This document shows, piece after piece, positions 1 through 9,408 of a stretch of 64,000 nucleotides of DNA. Every line of letters starts with the position of its first letter. Positions within the stretch are counted from its first letter, which is position 1. The position numbers and the translations under genes were made by a program. The notes under the pieces are model-generated. The model saw only the letters and a list, made by a program, of their open reading frames with translations. It did not search any database and was not told where the DNA came from. The DNA lies in contig OZ245842.1 in NCBI GenBank assembly GCA_965228895.1, positions 1,568,001-1,632,000 on the forward strand, given 5' to 3'. This DNA comes from Alphaproteobacteria bacterium. GTDB taxonomy: Bacteria; Pseudomonadota; Alphaproteobacteria; SP197.

Positions 1-585
1 GCGGATCTCGACGAGGCGCGCGCCGATTACCTTTCGGCAATCGAGAACAACCTCATGGCGTTCCGTGTTCTGGCATCGAGCCTGGGCACCGCGCACCCTG
101 AGGTGCAGCGCCTGCAGGTCAACCTTGGCAGGCGGTTGTCCCTGGCCGGCGACTTCGCGCGCGCGGAGGAGACGCTTGATCAAGCCGAGGCCGGCATCAT
201 CGCGGATCGCGGTGCCGACCACGTGGACATGATTGCCGTCTATTCGGCCAGGGGTCAGCTCGAACGCCTGCGCGGCGATAACCTGGATGCGCTCAAGAGT
301 TACGAGAAGGCGCTGGCCATCGTCGAGGCTGCAGGTGGCGATACGACCATGGAGACGGCCGTCCTGATGTCGAACCAGGCGACGATCCTGGTCACGCTGC
401 GCCGCGACGAGGAGGCCGTCGCGCTCCTCCAACAAAGCCTCGCCATTCGTGAGACGGCCTATGGCAGCGATAGCCCGAACCTGGTTGAGACGCTCAACGA
501 CTACGCGTTTGCGTTGCGCCGCCTGCGACGGTTTGACGAGGCCGAAGCCGTCGAAGCACGCGCGGCAGCGCTGGCCACGCCTTAA
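1..585 (+). CDS. TPR-repeat protein, C-terminal part (5' end lies outside the window)
   Basis: Frame 1 is open from base 1; kinesin-light-chain-like TPR repeats (e.g. ALKSYEKALAI, LLQQSLAIRETAYGSDSP). Confidence 0.8.
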   Translation, partial: ADLDEARADYLSAIENNLMAFRVLASSLGTAHPEVQRLQVNLGRRLSLAGDFARAEETLDQAEAGIIADRGADHVDMIAVYSARGQLERLRGDNLDALKSYEKALAIVEAAGGDTTMETAVLMSNQATILVTLRRDEEAVALLQQSLAIRETAYGSDSPNLVETLNDYAFALRRLRRFDEAEAVEARAAALATP

Positions 586-588
586 GTG

Positions 589-620
589 AAAGAAAGGACG
601 GACGCCGAAGCGCCCGCCCT
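589..620 (-). terminator. Rho-independent terminator of the polyamine-type binding protein gene
   Basis: Minus strand: 11-bp stem (2 G-U pairs), TTCG loop, followed by TTCTTT; lies between convergent genes. Confidence 0.7.
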
Positions 621-647
621 CTTGCGAGTTGGATCTGCGGTTGTTGT

Positions 648-1823
648 CTACATACCGGCCAGGATGTTTTCGTAGAGCGACACGATCTCGCCGTAGCGGT
701 TCTGGTAGGACGAGAACACGCCGCTGGCCAGGAACGCCTCGATATCGCGGGTCAGGCCGACGGAGGCCAGATACTCGTCGGTCACCTCCGGCATCTCGTA
801 GACCTTCTTGTTGACGACACCGTAACCCCAGTTCAAGAGCTCATAGACCTGTGATTCCGGATCGACATAGGCATCGATCAGGTCGTGGGCCTGCTCATAG
901 AGACCCCGCTCTTTGGCGCCGGGATTAAGGGCCAGGCCACAGACCCAGGTCAGCGCGCCTTCCTTCGGGTTCATCCAGATGTACTTGCCTTCGGTACCGC
1001 TGGCGGCCATTTCTTCACTCGCCGTCAGCATCATGCCGTTCCACGCTGCCGAGGCCACAACCTCGCCCGAGAACAACGCCTGGGTCATGGTCGTCACATC
1101 ACTGGTCAACAGCCGCAGGAGCGGTATGCCCTCGCGAACCTTGTTGGCCACCAGTTCGATTTGCTCATCGTTCATGTCGAGGAAATCGATGCCCAGGTAG
1201 ATGGCGATCAGGTTGAAGTGGTCTTCGACCGCGTCGAACATGGCCAGACGACCAGCCAATTCCTCATCGTAGAAGATGCCCCAGGAATGAGTGGCGGGAT
1301 CCTTGTACTTCGGTGCCAATTCGGTGTTCACGATGATGGCCGTCTGACCCCAGTCCTCAGGCACCCACAGCGGCGTGCCGTCTTCGAGTGACGCGCCGGG
1401 CACGTGTTTCATGGGTTCGGCGATGTCGTCCCAGTGGCTGATCAGGCTGACGTCGATCGGCTCGACAACACCGGCGTCGTACCACAGCTTGATCTTCGAC
1501 GAACACGGGAAGGTGACGTCGCACTCAAAGCCAGCGCGCATCTTAGAGAGCGCTTCGGCTTGGTCGGAGAAGAACGAATACTGCGGCGGCGAGCCATACT
1601 TCTCGGTATAGGCCATCGCGAAGTTTTCGTCTTCATAGCCGCCCCAGGTGAACATCATGAGATCGCTGCCCTCAGCGGCATGGGCGGGGCCGGTGAGCGG
1701 CGCTGCCATCGACATAACGCCTGCCGAGGCCAGAACCTTGTGTGCCTGTCTGCGGGTCAGTTTACCCTCGCAGATCTTGTCCTTGAACTCGTTGGCACAC
1801 ATGAGGGGTTTTAGTTTATCCAT
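648..1823 (-). CDS. PotD/PotF-like ABC transporter substrate-binding protein with probable Tat signal
   Basis: TRRQ..LA Tat-like motif; FTWGGY, VPEDWGQT, PKEGALTWV motifs; ATG at 1823 preceded by GGGAG. Confidence 0.85.
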   Translation of the reverse strand: MDKLKPLMCANEFKDKICEGKLTRRQAHKVLASAGVMSMAAPLTGPAHAAEGSDLMMFTWGGYEDENFAMAYTEKYGSPPQYSFFSDQAEALSKMRAGFECDVTFPCSSKIKLWYDAGVVEPIDVSLISHWDDIAEPMKHVPGASLEDGTPLWVPEDWGQTAIIVNTELAPKYKDPATHSWGIFYDEELAGRLAMFDAVEDHFNLIAIYLGIDFLDMNDEQIELVANKVREGIPLLRLLTSDVTTMTQALFSGEVVASAAWNGMMLTASEEMAASGTEGKYIWMNPKEGALTWVCGLALNPGAKERGLYEQAHDLIDAYVDPESQVYELLNWGYGVVNKKVYEMPEVTDEYLASVGLTRDIEAFLASGVFSSYQNRYGEIVSLYENILAGM

Positions 1824-2054
1824 TCGCAAAGCTCCCTTGGATTGCGGCTTAAGGCCTGTCTTACAAGTTGAACTTTTCCAGGTTAGCCCAGACGTTTGCT
1901 GGGTGGGAGTCTGTAGTCCACAAAACGCGGTCTCACAGCAGTTGCGCGCAACTGGTGACCGTTTGTGCCTGATTTATCTCGTTATTGGCGAGTGATGGGC
2001 GATTACTTCACGTCTACTGACGTGGCCGCGGCTCAAGCGTGCCTAAGCGTCGGC

Positions 2055-2978
2055 CTAGCGTTCACTCTGCTCGGCCAGCAGGTCGGGCAGGTGGGCGCGG
2101 CAGACATCGGCAAAGGCCAGTGCCATGCGCGTGGGGCGTGATGTGGCGAGCCGGGCAAGGCCCATGCGCATCTCGCGGCGCGGTTCGCGAAGCGGCACGG
2201 ACGCTAGGCTCGATCCGTCGAGCGCGCGGTGATGGGGTGCGCGCGAGTGCAGGAGACTGTAGCCGTAGCCGTTGGCGACCAGGCCGCGCACCATCTCGAA
2301 CGATGTGGTCTCGTAAGCGATGTTGGGTTCGATGCCGGCTTCGGCGAATACCGACAGGAAGTGGCTGCGGCTCTCGGGCAGACCGAGCAGCACCAGGGGC
2401 TCGCCTTCCAATTCCGTCAGCTTGACGGTCTTCTTGTCGGCGATGCGGTGCTCGGCGGGCACGATGACATGGATGGGAACCGTGACCAGCGGTTCGAAGT
2501 CGATGTCCTGGGGCATGTTGAGATCGTAGGTGACGGCGAACTCATAGCGTCCGCGCCTGAGGCCCTCGGGCAGGGCGCGCAGGTCTTCCTCGTGGGGGCG
2601 AACGCGGATCGCCGGGTGTTCGCGGGCGAAGACGCGCAGCACGCCGGGCAGCACGAAGGGCGCGAAGGTCACGAAACAGCCGATATCGAGATCGCCCTCC
2701 AGCGCCTCGCCCAGACCGGCGGCATCCTGGGTCAGCTCTTCCGCATGGGCCAGAAGCTCGCGCGCGGAGGCAAACAGGCGCCGTCCGGCCGGCGTCAGCG
2801 ACAGGCCCTGGGCGTGGTGTCGTATGAAAAGCTGCAGCCCGAACACGTCTTCCAGATGGCTGATCGCCGCCGAAACGGAGGGCTGCGACACATGGGTCGC
2901 TTCGGCCGCACGCGTGATGCTGCCGGCCTCGGCGGCCGCCACGAAGTAACGAAGTTGCTTCAGGGTATAGAGGATCAC
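2055..2978 (-). CDS. LysR-family transcriptional regulator
   Basis: N-terminal HTH (LKQLRYFVAAAEAGSITRAA..HVSQPSVS), LTPAG linker, C-terminal effector domain; divergent from the monooxygenase gene. Confidence 0.95.
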   Translation of the reverse strand: MILYTLKQLRYFVAAAEAGSITRAAEATHVSQPSVSAAISHLEDVFGLQLFIRHHAQGLSLTPAGRRLFASARELLAHAEELTQDAAGLGEALEGDLDIGCFVTFAPFVLPGVLRVFAREHPAIRVRPHEEDLRALPEGLRRGRYEFAVTYDLNMPQDIDFEPLVTVPIHVIVPAEHRIADKKTVKLTELEGEPLVLLGLPESRSHFLSVFAEAGIEPNIAYETTSFEMVRGLVANGYGYSLLHSRAPHHRALDGSSLASVPLREPRREMRMGLARLATSRPTRMALAFADVCRAHLPDLLAEQSER

Positions 2979-3015
2979 GAAAATCTATCCTATACGTCGC
3001 ATAAATATCTTTTGC
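2974..3015 (+). promoter_or_regulatory. Putative LysR-type binding region (T-N11-A) upstream of monooxygenase 1
   Basis: ATCACGAAAATCTAT followed by CCTATACGTCGCATAAATATCTTT; a similar motif lies at 21711-21752. Confidence 0.6.
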
Positions 3016-3073
3016 CATAGAATGGCGCCGAGACAAACTGCGCCACTTTTTTGCCAGGAGAGGACCTGAGCCC

Positions 3074-4525
3074 ATGCTGATGACCGGCGACCAGTACCGT
3101 GAGTCTCTAAAAGACGGCCGCGAGGTCTATATCGACGGCGAGCGCGTCACGAACGTGCCGGAACATCAGGCCTTCAAGCCGATCGTCGATGTGCGCGCGC
3201 GCATCTACGATATGGCGGGCGAAAACGCATTCCGCTCCACCATGGCGTTTTCCAAGGACGGCGAGGACTACGCCGTCGCCTGGCAGCCGCCCTATACCCA
3301 GGACGACTGGTGGGCCAAGCGCGATTGGGTCGACACGGTCATGAAGGAGATCGGCGGTGTCGTAACCCGCATCGGCGACGAGACGGTCGGTGAGATGTGG
3401 TCGCTGGCCGACGGCAAGGACATCTTGAATCAGGTCGATGACTCCTGGTCGAAGAACATCGATCACCACATCGACAATGTGCTGAAGAACGACATCTTCC
3501 ACGTCTCCGCCAACACCGATCCCAAGGGCGACCGCTCAAAGGCGCCGCAGGATCAGGACCCCGACATGCTGCTGCATGTGGTGAAGGAGACCGATGCCGG
3601 CATCGTGGTGCGCGGCGCCAAGTACGAAACCGCGGCCGCCTACGCCCATCAGGCCTTCGTCAAGCCGACCATCGCCAACTGGGGCGATGCCAAGCTCTCC
3701 GACTACGCGCTCGGTTTCATCTGCCCGATGAACGCGGAAGGTCTCAAGCACATCTGCCGCAATGGTTTTGCCGGGGTCAAACCAAAGGCCGACTATCCGC
3801 TCTCCAACGGTTTCGACGAGGTCGACACGCTGCTTGTCTTCGACAACGTGCTGGTGCCTTGGGAGAACGTGTTGTTCTACCGGCACACGGCGGCGGCCAG
3901 TTTCATTCGCGGCACGCTGCATCGCTACAGCGCCTACATGTTCGTCTTGCGCATCATGTACATCGCCGACCTCATGATCGGAACGGCGCTCTTTAATGTG
4001 CGTCAGACCGGCCTCGACAAACAGCAGGCGGTGCAGGAGAAGCTGGCGCAGCTGGCCTGTTACCGCGAAGGCATCAACGCGCATTTATCCGGCGCCATCG
4101 CCTTGGCCGAGAAGAGCCCCGGCGGCTTCCTGATGCCCAACCAGTCGCTGCTCTATACCGGCCGTGTGCTCGCCTGTTCACAATTGCCGGCGATGATGCA
4201 TCTGGCGCGCGAATTGTGCGGCGGTCAGATCTGTGTCACGCCGGACAGCCCATCCTTCTTGTCGGACGACACGAAGGCGTGGATGGAAAAATTCTACAAC
4301 GTCAACGACGATTGGCAGGCTGACGACCGGCGCAAGCTTCTGGCGTTCGGGCGCGACTTGCTGAATTCCGACTATGCCGGCCATAAGGTGACGTTCCAGT
4401 TGTTCGCCCAGTCGCCGCCATTCGCGCATCTGGGCGCCGTCTACCGCAACTTCGACTTCGATCAGTCGCTGGGCTTCGTCAAAACCGCGGCTGGTCTGTC
4501 GGACCGGGTGATGGCCAAGAAGTAG
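3074..4525 (+). CDS. 4-hydroxyphenylacetate 3-hydroxylase (HpaB/PvcC) family flavin-dependent monooxygenase, paralogue 1
   Basis: TGDQYRESLKDGREVYIDGE start; TDPKGDRS; VVKETDAGIVVRGAK; DYPLS..FDEVD.L.VFDNVLVPWE. Confidence 0.9.
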   Translation: MLMTGDQYRESLKDGREVYIDGERVTNVPEHQAFKPIVDVRARIYDMAGENAFRSTMAFSKDGEDYAVAWQPPYTQDDWWAKRDWVDTVMKEIGGVVTRIGDETVGEMWSLADGKDILNQVDDSWSKNIDHHIDNVLKNDIFHVSANTDPKGDRSKAPQDQDPDMLLHVVKETDAGIVVRGAKYETAAAYAHQAFVKPTIANWGDAKLSDYALGFICPMNAEGLKHICRNGFAGVKPKADYPLSNGFDEVDTLLVFDNVLVPWENVLFYRHTAAASFIRGTLHRYSAYMFVLRIMYIADLMIGTALFNVRQTGLDKQQAVQEKLAQLACYREGINAHLSGAIALAEKSPGGFLMPNQSLLYTGRVLACSQLPAMMHLARELCGGQICVTPDSPSFLSDDTKAWMEKFYNVNDDWQADDRRKLLAFGRDLLNSDYAGHKVTFQLFAQSPPFAHLGAVYRNFDFDQSLGFVKTAAGLSDRVMAKK

Positions 4526-4562
4526 TTCAAAGACACTCGTTCCAGGGGAAGGAAAGACAACG

Positions 4563-4979
4563 ATGGCGCATCAGCGTTTCCGCAAGTTCAACACCAAGGC
4601 CATGTATCCCGAGCAGTCGCTTGACAACGATCTGTGCATGGTCGTACGCGCCGGCAACATGGTCTTCATGCGCGGCCAGACCGGTTTCGATCTGGACGGA
4701 AATTTTCATGGCGTCGGCGATGGCGCGGCCCAGGCCGAGCAGGCCATGAAGTGCGTCAAGCAGCTTCTTGAGGAGGCCGGCGCCAAGCTGGAGCATATCT
4801 GCAAGGTCACGATCTATCTGACCGACCCGCGTTACCGCGAACCCGTCTACAACGTCATCGGCAAGTGGCTGAAGGGCGTCTATCCGGTATCGACAGGTCT
4901 TGTCGTCCAGGCACTGGCCAAACCGGAAATGGTGATGGAAATCGACGTCGACGCGGTGATCCCGGACGGCGAAGGTTGA
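4563..4979 (+). CDS. RidA/YjgF family protein
   Basis: VRAGNMVFMRGQ, LEEAGAKLEHICKVTIYL, YPVST, EIDVDA. Confidence 0.9.
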   Translation: MAHQRFRKFNTKAMYPEQSLDNDLCMVVRAGNMVFMRGQTGFDLDGNFHGVGDGAAQAEQAMKCVKQLLEEAGAKLEHICKVTIYLTDPRYREPVYNVIGKWLKGVYPVSTGLVVQALAKPEMVMEIDVDAVIPDGEG

Positions 4980-4983
4980 CGTC

Positions 4984-5658
4984 ATGACCTTCTCGCTGAC
5001 CGCCCGCTGCGCCCAAACGGGCATGTTCGGTATCGTCGTGACGTCGTCCAGCATTTGCGTCGCGACGCGCTGCGCCTGGGTCAAAGGCCAAGTTGGCGCG
5101 GTCGCCAGCCAGAACATCACCGATCCCGGTCTGGGTCTTATGGGATTGGACTTGTTGGAACAGGGCTATGGCGCGGCGGCGGCCATGGAGATCCTGATCA
5201 AGGCCAGACCGTTCAGTGACTACCGCCAACTCGCCCTGATCGACCGTCTGGGCCACACGGCTCACCACTCGGGATCCGGCGTGCTGGGGACGAACAACAT
5301 CGTGGAGGGGCGGGACTGTATCGCGGCCGGCAACCTGCTGAGCACGCCCGACGTGCCCAATCACATGGTCAAGGCGTTCGAGAGCTCGGTCGGCGAACAT
5401 CTCGCTGAGCGTCTGCTGCAGGGCGTTGAAGCCGGCTTGGCGGCCGGTGGCGAGGAAGGCGACGTCAAATCCGTCGGCATCAAGGTGTGCCACGACCATG
5501 CGTGGCCGATCTGCGAGATGCGCGTCGACTGGCACGACGAGCCGATCGCCGAGCTGCGCCGTGTCTGGCAGGCCTATGAACCGCAGATGGCCGATTACAT
5601 ACAGCGCGCGCTCGACCCCACCGACGCGCCGTCTTACGGCGTACCCGGCGATCCTTGA
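4984..5658 (+). CDS. DUF1028 family (Ntn-hydrolase-like) protein
   Basis: MTFSLTARC..TGMFG N-terminus with Thr2; GAVASQ, RQLA, AAGNLL, RVDWHDEPIAEL. Confidence 0.9.
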   Translation: MTFSLTARCAQTGMFGIVVTSSSICVATRCAWVKGQVGAVASQNITDPGLGLMGLDLLEQGYGAAAAMEILIKARPFSDYRQLALIDRLGHTAHHSGSGVLGTNNIVEGRDCIAAGNLLSTPDVPNHMVKAFESSVGEHLAERLLQGVEAGLAAGGEEGDVKSVGIKVCHDHAWPICEMRVDWHDEPIAELRRVWQAYEPQMADYIQRALDPTDAPSYGVPGDP

Positions 5659-5715
5659 GCTGATTTGCCCGATTTGGTGGCGTCGCAACGCAGTTCCATC
5701 AATACGGTATCTGCT

Positions 5716-6702
5716 CTAAGTGTCGCTGACGACGACGATAGCGAAGAGCGGTCGGTGATCGGAACCGATATCCGAACCGCGCTCGATCGTTTGAAGATCC
5801 AGGCTGCGTGACAGCAGAATATGGTCGATCGCCAAGCCGGCGACGCCGAGCGCGGCCGGCCATGTCGGCATGATGTTGGGGCCTTTCAACCCGGTCCGGT
5901 CGAGGAAACGCCGGAACGTCGGCGACCATGGTGTCGCATTTAGATCGCCAATGGCAATCACGGGTCGTGCTTCGTTTGCGATCATCTGCGCCATAGCGTC
6001 CAGCTGCGCGTTGCGGATGGAATAGAACGACGCGACGAGAGGCGGGTAGGGGTGCAAGCCGACAATGGCGACCGGTCCGGCATCGGTTTCGACCTCGGCG
6101 ATGATCATGACCGGTGGTTCGGTCTGCCAGTCGGACGGAGTAGGCAGCGCGACGACTTGCTGGCTCTCGTCACCGGTCAGCGGTAGTCGGCTGAGCAACA
6201 TCATGCCGAACGCGTGTTCGCGCGGCGCCGTAATCATGTAGGGGTAAAGCGGAGAGAGCTTGGCAAGCGCGTCAGACCACGCCTGCGTCGCCTCGGCCAC
6301 GACCACGATATCGGGATCCACGCGCGCGATTTCGGCGATCAAGGCGCGATGGTCGGCGTTGTCGTGTTTGGCATTGCTGTACATGACCTTGACCGTCACG
6401 TTGTCGTCGTCGGTCACGCCCGTGGCGGTCGCCTGAGCAGAGGCGACCGCGGTGCCGGCGACGTCGCCCAGATTGACCAGAGCGACTAGTGCAAGGCAGG
6501 CGGCCAACCAACGATAGCGACGGATCACCGCCAAGAGTGCGATGAGCACCAGAAGCACCAGAATTTGCAGGCGGAAACTGACAATGAGCTCAAGCGGCCA
6601 AGCTTCAAGGCCGGTCAGGGGAATTGCCGCCACGAGGCCGGCCAGGCCGACCAACATGTAGAAACTCACCTCAAGAACAGATCGGCGTCGTGGCCGGACC
6701 AT
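5716..6702 (-). CDS. Membrane-anchored endonuclease/exonuclease/phosphatase (EEP) family protein
   Basis: Three N-terminal TM segments; GDLNATPWS, IDHIL, GSDHRP motifs. Confidence 0.85.
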   Translation of the reverse strand: MVRPRRRSVLEVSFYMLVGLAGLVAAIPLTGLEAWPLELIVSFRLQILVLLVLIALLAVIRRYRWLAACLALVALVNLGDVAGTAVASAQATATGVTDDDNVTVKVMYSNAKHDNADHRALIAEIARVDPDIVVVAEATQAWSDALAKLSPLYPYMITAPREHAFGMMLLSRLPLTGDESQQVVALPTPSDWQTEPPVMIIAEVETDAGPVAIVGLHPYPPLVASFYSIRNAQLDAMAQMIANEARPVIAIGDLNATPWSPTFRRFLDRTGLKGPNIMPTWPAALGVAGLAIDHILLSRSLDLQTIERGSDIGSDHRPLFAIVVVSDT

Positions 6703-7129
6703 GCCTCAAAGCCCGAAACGGCTGCTGCGCAAGCACATGGGGCCGTTCAACAGCACAATTGCGGTGATGTCATGACATTTCTTGCCATGACGCATCGCTG
6801 TACTTCATGGCCCCAAGCCCTGAAAGGGGATCCAGAAGGCCGAACCCGACCGCCGGCCATCGACCAACCGGACCACAAGATAGGGGTGGGGTTTGGCCTT
6901 ATCCTTACCCAATTCGATCTATGTCAGGCTCGATGGTAGTACTGACGATGCACCAAAGGCTTACCTAAAAGATAGCGGTCATTTGGCGCAATTCAGCCCC
7001 ATTCTGGCATTTCAAATGACGGTGGCCAGGCTCGACGCCGTCGCGCAACGACGTGACACCTTCTCCAGCGCGTCAGATGCCTGCACCGATGTGCGTGTAA
7101 GGGACCAACAAGACATGGAGAGTGTATCT

Positions 7130-7405
7130 ATGGCAGCAACCAGCATTGCCTACGTCGTTGGGCAGGATCAGGGTCCGCGTAAAAAACTTCGTCAGGCGTT
7201 CGATGAACCCGGGCGGTGTGTCGGCAGACAAGCGACCAGCCTCAGGTCACTGTTGTCGTTGCGTGACGATGATCCCAAGCCCGATGTTGTGTTGATTGAT
7301 ATGACCCACTGGGGGCCGGACGCAGCGCATGATTTCGATCAGCTGCGTGAGACATACCCCGACGCCGAGTTCTTGGTCACCTATCCAAGGGATTGGTATC
7401 ACTAA
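7130..7405 (+). CDS. Small protein resembling a truncated receiver (REC) domain
   Basis: ATG at 7130 with GGAG upstream; PDVVLID beta3-like motif and LRETYPDAEFLV; ends before beta5. Confidence 0.5.
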   Translation: MAATSIAYVVGQDQGPRKKLRQAFDEPGRCVGRQATSLRSLLSLRDDDPKPDVVLIDMTHWGPDAAHDFDQLRETYPDAEFLVTYPRDWYH

Positions 7406-7412
7406 GCCGGTT

Positions 7413-7439
7413 CGCCCCACACCCGGCGGGTGAGGGGCG
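7413..7439. terminator. GC-rich hairpin between convergent genes
   Basis: CGCCCCACACCC-GGC-GGGTGAGGGGCG. Confidence 0.45.
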
Positions 7440-7537
7440 CCAACTTTTCTGCGGCTTCACGTCTGTTGGCGACACCACGACAACCGCCCTGGACATCGAT
7501 TGTCCGGGGCGGTTCAGCGATCTCGGCTAACCAGCTT

Positions 7538-8134
7538 CTAAGAAGCATTTTCTGTTGAGTCTTTCCCGGCGTCCTTGGCCGCCTTGCGCATGGCGGCGGC
7601 CAGCATCACGGCGGTCCAGCCGGTGAACAGCAGGCTGATGCCAACCAACAGGCCAATGACCCACATATAGTCTTCGGGCAAGGCGACCCAAAGAACGACG
7701 CCCAGAACCAGATCCAGAACACCGGCAAACAGGATCCACCCCCAGCCGGGCTCGGACTTGTGCTGGAAGGCTGCGATGATCTTCGTGATGCCCTCAACGA
7801 TAAACAGCGCGATGATTATCGCCGTCAGCGCCAAGGCACCGCCGAAGGGATCAAAGAGGATTAGCGCACCGGCAACAATGGCGACCACCGAGGCCACCAA
7901 GTTCCAGGTCAAGCTGCGTCGCGAATGTTCCTTGAAGGCGGTGTAGCCACGGACAATGCCGCCGATCAACAAAAGGATGCCGATCAGAAGTGTGATCGCG
8001 ACGGTGAAGAGAAACGGCAACAAAATCGCCAGGCAGCCTAGCACGATCAACGCCGCACCCTCAAGCATCAAGGTCGACGTGCTTGTTTTCGCGGCGGCCT
8101 GGCTCACCAGGTCCGCAAAGTTCTTATCGGACAT
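7538..8134 (-). CDS. HdeD/DUF308 family membrane protein
   Basis: Six hydrophobic helices in duplicated 3-TM repeats; GWGWILFAG, GLLVGISLLFTG. Confidence 0.85.
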   Translation of the reverse strand: MSDKNFADLVSQAAAKTSTSTLMLEGAALIVLGCLAILLPFLFTVAITLLIGILLLIGGIVRGYTAFKEHSRRSLTWNLVASVVAIVAGALILFDPFGGALALTAIIIALFIVEGITKIIAAFQHKSEPGWGWILFAGVLDLVLGVVLWVALPEDYMWVIGLLVGISLLFTGWTAVMLAAAMRKAAKDAGKDSTENAS

Positions 8135-8177
8135 TCAAATCCCTCCTTCGCGGATCCCCATACGCGTGTGGGTCGTG

Positions 8178-8924
8178 TTATATCAAATGTTGACCACCGG
8201 TAATCATAATCTCCGAACCCGTCACGTAACGGGAGTCGTTGCCGCACAGGTAATAGATGGTGCCGGCGACGTCCTCGGGCGTACCCATCTGGCCGAGCGG
8301 AATGCGGGGCACAAGGTCGTCGTACTCCGGTGACAGCATGGCGGTCTCGATTTCGCCCGGCGCCACCGCGTTGACGCGAACGCCCAAGTGGGCGAACTCG
8401 ACCGCCATTTCCCGCGTCAAGGCCGACAAGGCTGCTTTGGAACAGGCGTAGGCGCTGCCGGCAAACGGATGGACGCGATGGCCGACGATCGACGTCACGT
8501 TGACGATGGCGCCCTGTCCGCGATGCAGCGGCGCGGCCAGACCGCGCGCCAAGACGAGAGGCGCAAAGAAGTTGAGCTCGAACACACCGCGCCAATGATC
8601 GAGATCGCCGTTCAGCGTGCCCAGGCGTTCCTTGAAATCGGTCTTGGGCGACATGCCTGCGTTGTTGACCAGCGCATGGACCGGACCATCGCCGATGATC
8701 GCGTTGGCTTCCTCGATAAATGCTGCGATGTCGTCTTGGTCGGAGAGGTCCGTCGGAATATGACGGTGCGGTGAATCCTCCACCTTGCGGCCAAACGGAA
8801 TGTCGTCGCGCGAACAACTGATCACGCGCCAGCCTTCTTTGACGAACCGGATGACGGTCACATGGCCGATGCCGCGGCTGGCGCCGGTGACGACCACGGT
8901 TTTCATGGCGTCGGCGTCAGCCAT
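8178..8924 (-). CDS. FixR-like short-chain dehydrogenase/reductase
   Basis: TGASRGIG, NNAG.SPK, RVHPFAGSAYACSKAAL, VAPGEI, GGQHL; I recognise these as FixR-type; start could be 8906, 8924 or 8939. Confidence 0.85.
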   Translation of the reverse strand: MADADAMKTVVVTGASRGIGHVTVIRFVKEGWRVISCSRDDIPFGRKVEDSPHRHIPTDLSDQDDIAAFIEEANAIIGDGPVHALVNNAGMSPKTDFKERLGTLNGDLDHWRGVFELNFFAPLVLARGLAAPLHRGQGAIVNVTSIVGHRVHPFAGSAYACSKAALSALTREMAVEFAHLGVRVNAVAPGEIETAMLSPEYDDLVPRIPLGQMGTPEDVAGTIYYLCGNDSRYVTGSEIMITGGQHLI

Positions 8925-9399
8925 GCCCGGGCCAGACATAGGTCACGTCGGGTTCGCCTTCGGCCTCGCTGATGCCGTAGCCGATCGGCCGAAAGCCGCG
9001 CTTTTCGTAAAACGCACGGGCTGGGCTGTTGGCCTGAAAGGTGTGCAGCGACAAGCCCTTGGGACAGCGGTTTTTGGCATCGTCCAGCAGTCGACTGCCG
9101 ATCCCCTGCCTTTGGTGACGGGGGGCGACAAACAGTTGGTCGATCAACGTGCCCTCGAGACACAGGAAACCGACAAGCGTTCCCTCGCTGTCTTCAGCCA
9201 CCCTTGCGGTGTCCCATCGGGCCATGGCTTCGTCAACGAAGGCGTCGAAGCTGCGGTCGGTATGGGGCCAAGCCATGAATTGGTAGGCCGCCCGCGTCGC
9301 GTCACGCAGGATTGCGGCAATCGCGGTCTTGTCAGCATCGACCGCATCGCGCAACCGACTTCCGGCGGGTGGCGCGTCAGACTGCGCGTTGTGGGCCAT
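8917..9399 (-). CDS. GNAT acetyltransferase
   Basis: LFVAPRHQRQGIGSRLL motif A; N..ARAFYEKRGF. Confidence 0.9.
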   Translation of the reverse strand: MAHNAQSDAPPAGSRLRDAVDADKTAIAAILRDATRAAYQFMAWPHTDRSFDAFVDEAMARWDTARVAEDSEGTLVGFLCLEGTLIDQLFVAPRHQRQGIGSRLLDDAKNRCPKGLSLHTFQANSPARAFYEKRGFRPIGYGISEAEGEPDVTYVWPGHG

Positions 9400-9408
9400 G
9401 GGCCGTCC

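Noticed and set aside
6893-7129. N-terminal extension of the 170-aa ORF
   Set aside because: TTG start without an RBS and atypical composition; a better ATG with GGAG lies at 7130
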